Below, in pieces: positions 54,875-57,506 of a stretch of 57,506 nucleotides of DNA. Numbering within the stretch: position 1 is the stretch's first letter; every line of letters begins with the position of its first letter. Where the stretch lies: contig PFCB01000016.1 of NCBI GenBank assembly GCA_002773135.1, forward strand, positions 1 to 57,506. The letters run 5' to 3'. Origin of the DNA: Candidatus Magasanikbacteria bacterium CG10_big_fil_rev_8_21_14_0_10_47_10 (GTDB lineage: Bacteria > Patescibacteriota > Patescibacteriia > Magasanikbacterales > UBA922). The position numbers were made by a program, and so were the translations under genes. The notes beneath the pieces were generated by a model. It was not told the origin of the DNA. It saw only the letters and a program-made list of their open reading frames with translations, and ran no database searches.

Positions 54875-57506
54875 TCATGCATTTTCCATTTTTACGCTCA
54901 ACAAGTGAGAAATACCGTCTTGGCCCATTGTTACCCCATACAATGCATCTGCCGCGTGCATGGTCGCGCGATTGTGCGTAATAATGATGAACTGAGACTC
55001 CTTGGACAAATCTTGCAAAATATTCACGACGCGCAATGTATTTGCCTCATCCAAGGCTGCCTCGACCTCGTCAAGAACAACAAATGGTGACGGATTTGTT
55101 TTTAATATGGCACACATGAGCGCAATGGACGTCATGGTACGCTCACCACCGGAAAGCGCCTGTAAATGTTTAATTTTTTTACCGGGCGGAGACGCATTGA
55201 TATCAATGCCCTGCAATATTTTTTTTGACTGTTTTTTCTTTGGCGCGGCATCTCCTTCAGATACTTCTTCAGATGGTATGCCATCGTTTGGCATATCAAA
55301 ACTGCTATTGTCATCCGCAGCATCTTCTGTTCCATAGACTTCTACCAATTCCGCTTTGCCCCCTTCAAACAAAATACTGAAATAGCGCGTAAACTCTTTT
55401 TGAATTTGCTTAAATGCCTTGCCTCGTTTTTTCTTCATCAACGAATCGAGCTCTGTAATCAATTTGGTTAAGTCTGTGTGCGCCTTTTTTAAATCATCAA
55501 GCTGCGCGGAAAGCCCTTCGTGTCGCGAACGTGTTTCCTCATACTCAGCTACTACTTCTTCATCAATACCGCCAATTAAACTAAGTTTATATTTTCTCTT
55601 TTGTATTTCATTTTGCGTATCTTCCAATGCCTCAAGTGAAAGTGGTGCTATGCCTCTGTCTAAAATGAGCTGAATCGACGTATGTATTTCCTGATATAAT
55701 TCAGACTGTAAATCTTCCTGCTTTGTTTCATATTTTGCCAAATCCACCTGCTTTGTATTTTTCTTTTCAACAACAGCGTTCACCTTTTTTTGTTCTTCTT
55801 GCATGGCATCCTGCAGTGCAAATACCCGCTGCTTCTTTTGTTCTTCTTCACTGTTAAATGAATCAATATGGTTTGCGGCTTTTTCCACTTCTTTTACTGC
55901 CACGCGAATTTGCTTTTCCAAATCTGACTTTGTTTTTGCCAGTGACTGCATAACACCGCTCACCTGTTCCGGACTCATCTGTGACAGTGTTAGCTCTTGC
56001 TCAAGTGTTCCAAGCTCGCTATCAACCGTATGTTTTTGACCGACTAAAAGCTCCGCTTTATTGAGCATGCCTCCCACATGCGATTCTTTCTCACGCAACG
56101 CACTGCTTATTATATCGTATTCCTTTTCTGCGGCAGACAACGCATCGTGCTTGAATGAAATGGTCTGCTCACATTCTTCTGCTGCTCCGGCCGCGTACTC
56201 CGCCGTACTGCCGCCGGCAAAACTAATGCCATGCTGACGGATTTGTCTGTGACCACCCTTTACAGCACCCGATGTTTCAAACAGGTCACCGTCGAGCGTG
56301 ACCATACGAACCCGACCGACACCGATCTCTTTTGCCGCAGCAAAGTCTTCAACGACAATGGTGGATCCAAATACAAAGGAATAAATATCTTCATATCGAT
56401 CTTTGTACGACACCAAATCCCGTGCCAATCCATGTACCTTTGGATGACGCAACATATCATGGACAAAACCCGGAATCGGACGCGCTTTTATTTTACTGAG
56501 TGGCAAAAAAGTAGCCACACCAAACCTTCCTGAACGCAAATATTCAACACATGAGCGCGCATCATCTTCATCACCTACAACAATGGACGCCAAACTACCG
56601 CCGGCAGCAACATCGAGTGCCATGTGATATTTTTTATCAACCTGACCGAGTTGCGCCACCACACCGTGAATGTCTCCCAGCCGCTTTCCCGCTTCAAGCA
56701 CGGCCTGAACGGCCTGGAAGCCGGTGATATGAAATTCAGACTGGACACTTTTAAGACGAAGTAACTCTGTTTCAAGTGATGAAATCTCTCCTTTGAGCGA
56801 TGCTTTGTGAACACTGGCATCGTCAACAGTCGCGCGCAAATCATCGATCTGTGCTTCTGCTATTTTCTTTTGTGTTGACAGCTCCTCTACTTCATCGCCA
56901 AGCTTCTTCTGCTGCCGCTTTAAATCCGCCACCTTTGTTTCCAGCCAGCCAAGTTGCTGATGACCTGACCGAGAGTATTCCGTGTGCAACTTCCCGTCTA
57001 AAAGCGCGCACTCACGCTCGAGTGTATTCATATGCTCTTGCGCTTCTTGGTACGCGCGCTGCAGTTTGGCATATGCACTCTGACGAGATCCTTCGTGCGC
57101 AAGGGATGCCAACTCTTGTTGAATCCCATCAAGTGCTGTCTGCGACGTTTTTAATTCGTCCGCCAAATCAAAAATATCATTTCGCAGCGCATCGATATGC
57201 GACTGATGATGCTGCCAGAGTGTCACATAATATTGATCCTGCAATTCTTTCAATTCCACTTCAAGTTCTTGCCGCTGCTCCAATTTTTTTACTTGTCGCG
57301 AAAGCAGTTTGAGACGCGGCGATATTTCATTCAGCAATAAATCCGCTTGTGTTAGATTTTGATCGGTTCTATCAAGTCGCAACGCGGCTTGATGGCGTTT
57401 TATTTGAAATTCTTTAATTCCTGATGCTTCATCAAAAAAATCTTTTCGCTCTTGTGGTGATTGGAGCAGCAATCGATCGATCATGCCTTGCCCTATAACA
57501 GCGTAC
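54875..57506 (-). CDS. smc: Chromosome segregation protein SMC, 5'-truncated by the window edge
   Basis: The frame continues past the ORF-track start (YAVIGQGMID); coiled coils; hinge G.ATFLPL; LSGGER, VLDEVEAALD, FIIITH. Confidence 0.97.
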   Translation of the reverse strand, partial: YAVIGQGMIDRLLLQSPQERKDFFDEASGIKEFQIKRHQAALRLDRTDQNLTQADLLLNEISPRLKLLSRQVKKLEQRQELEVELKELQDQYYVTLWQHHQSHIDALRNDIFDLADELKTSQTALDGIQQELASLAHEGSRQSAYAKLQRAYQEAQEHMNTLERECALLDGKLHTEYSRSGHQQLGWLETKVADLKRQQKKLGDEVEELSTQKKIAEAQIDDLRATVDDASVHKASLKGEISSLETELLRLKSVQSEFHITGFQAVQAVLEAGKRLGDIHGVVAQLGQVDKKYHMALDVAAGGSLASIVVGDEDDARSCVEYLRSGRFGVATFLPLSKIKARPIPGFVHDMLRHPKVHGLARDLVSYKDRYEDIYSFVFGSTIVVEDFAAAKEIGVGRVRMVTLDGDLFETSGAVKGGHRQIRQHGISFAGGSTAEYAAGAAEECEQTISFKHDALSAAEKEYDIISSALREKESHVGGMLNKAELLVGQKHTVDSELGTLEQELTLSQMSPEQVSGVMQSLAKTKSDLEKQIRVAVKEVEKAANHIDSFNSEEEQKKQRVFALQDAMQEEQKKVNAVVEKKNTKQVDLAKYETKQEDLQSELYQEIHTSIQLILDRGIAPLSLEALEDTQNEIQKRKYKLSLIGGIDEEVVAEYEETRSRHEGLSAQLDDLKKAHTDLTKLITELDSLMKKKRGKAFKQIQKEFTRYFSILFEGGKAELVEVYGTEDAADDNSSFDMPNDGIPSEEVSEGDAAPKKKQSKKILQGIDINASPPGKKIKHLQALSGGERTMTSIALMCAILKTNPSPFVVLDEVEAALDEANTLRVVNILQDLSKESQFIIITHNRATMHAADALYGVTMGQDGISHLLSVKMENA

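Noticed and set aside
54875-57484. SMC lacking a Walker A motif as a novel truncated form
   Set aside because: The frame stays open to the window edge, so the N-terminal head is simply outside the window.
1-57506. CRISPR array, retroelement/DGR, integrase or IS
   Set aside because: No regularly spaced direct repeats and no reverse transcriptase, recombinase or transposase motifs were seen in any ORF.
1-57506. Alternative genetic code (TGA=Gly as in Gracilibacteria)
   Set aside because: Genes end at TGA (e.g. 10042-10044) and long ORFs are intact under code 11.

Overview
Core chromosome of a Patescibacteria (CPR, Parcubacteria-like) bacterium using the standard genetic code (TGA is a stop). 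The taxon call is an inference from gene content and protein style. Housekeeping content: smpB-ssrA, infC, rpmI-rplT, tRNA-Asp/Ile/Val, an ABC-F ATPase, a RimK-family ligase, ppsA-pyk, htrA, nrdR, ftsZ-ftsA, dgkA, ybeY, yqeY, rpsU, hisS, lepB, khpA, rpsP and a partial smc. Five features stand out. (1) All three tRNA genes are flanked by partial tRNA copies in which a loop or arm (D, anticodon or T) is replaced by, or carries, a short GC-rich palindrome. A small stand-alone GIY-YIG nuclease sits behind the tmRNA among similar hairpins, suggesting a tRNA-targeted miniature repeat system. (2) A ~9 kb co-oriented locus looks like a non-canonical cellulose/beta-glucan system: degenerate His kinase, receiver, PilZ-less BcsA-like GT2, GalU, GH9, an exported AGE/cellobiose-epimerase-like protein and a phosphodiesterase-CBM protein. 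(3) A ~16 kb surface locus encodes two pilin-domain Ig-like proteins (one of 3719 aa) and three TSP3-like Ca-binding membrane proteins. (4) A LexA/UmuD-hybrid plus Y-family polymerase cassette has a GAAC-N4-GTTC box between its -35 and -10. (5) PEP synthase is fused to a TM/lipobox-like exported domain. No CRISPR array, rRNA, integrase or transposase was seen. All assignments are by eye from motifs; no database search was run.
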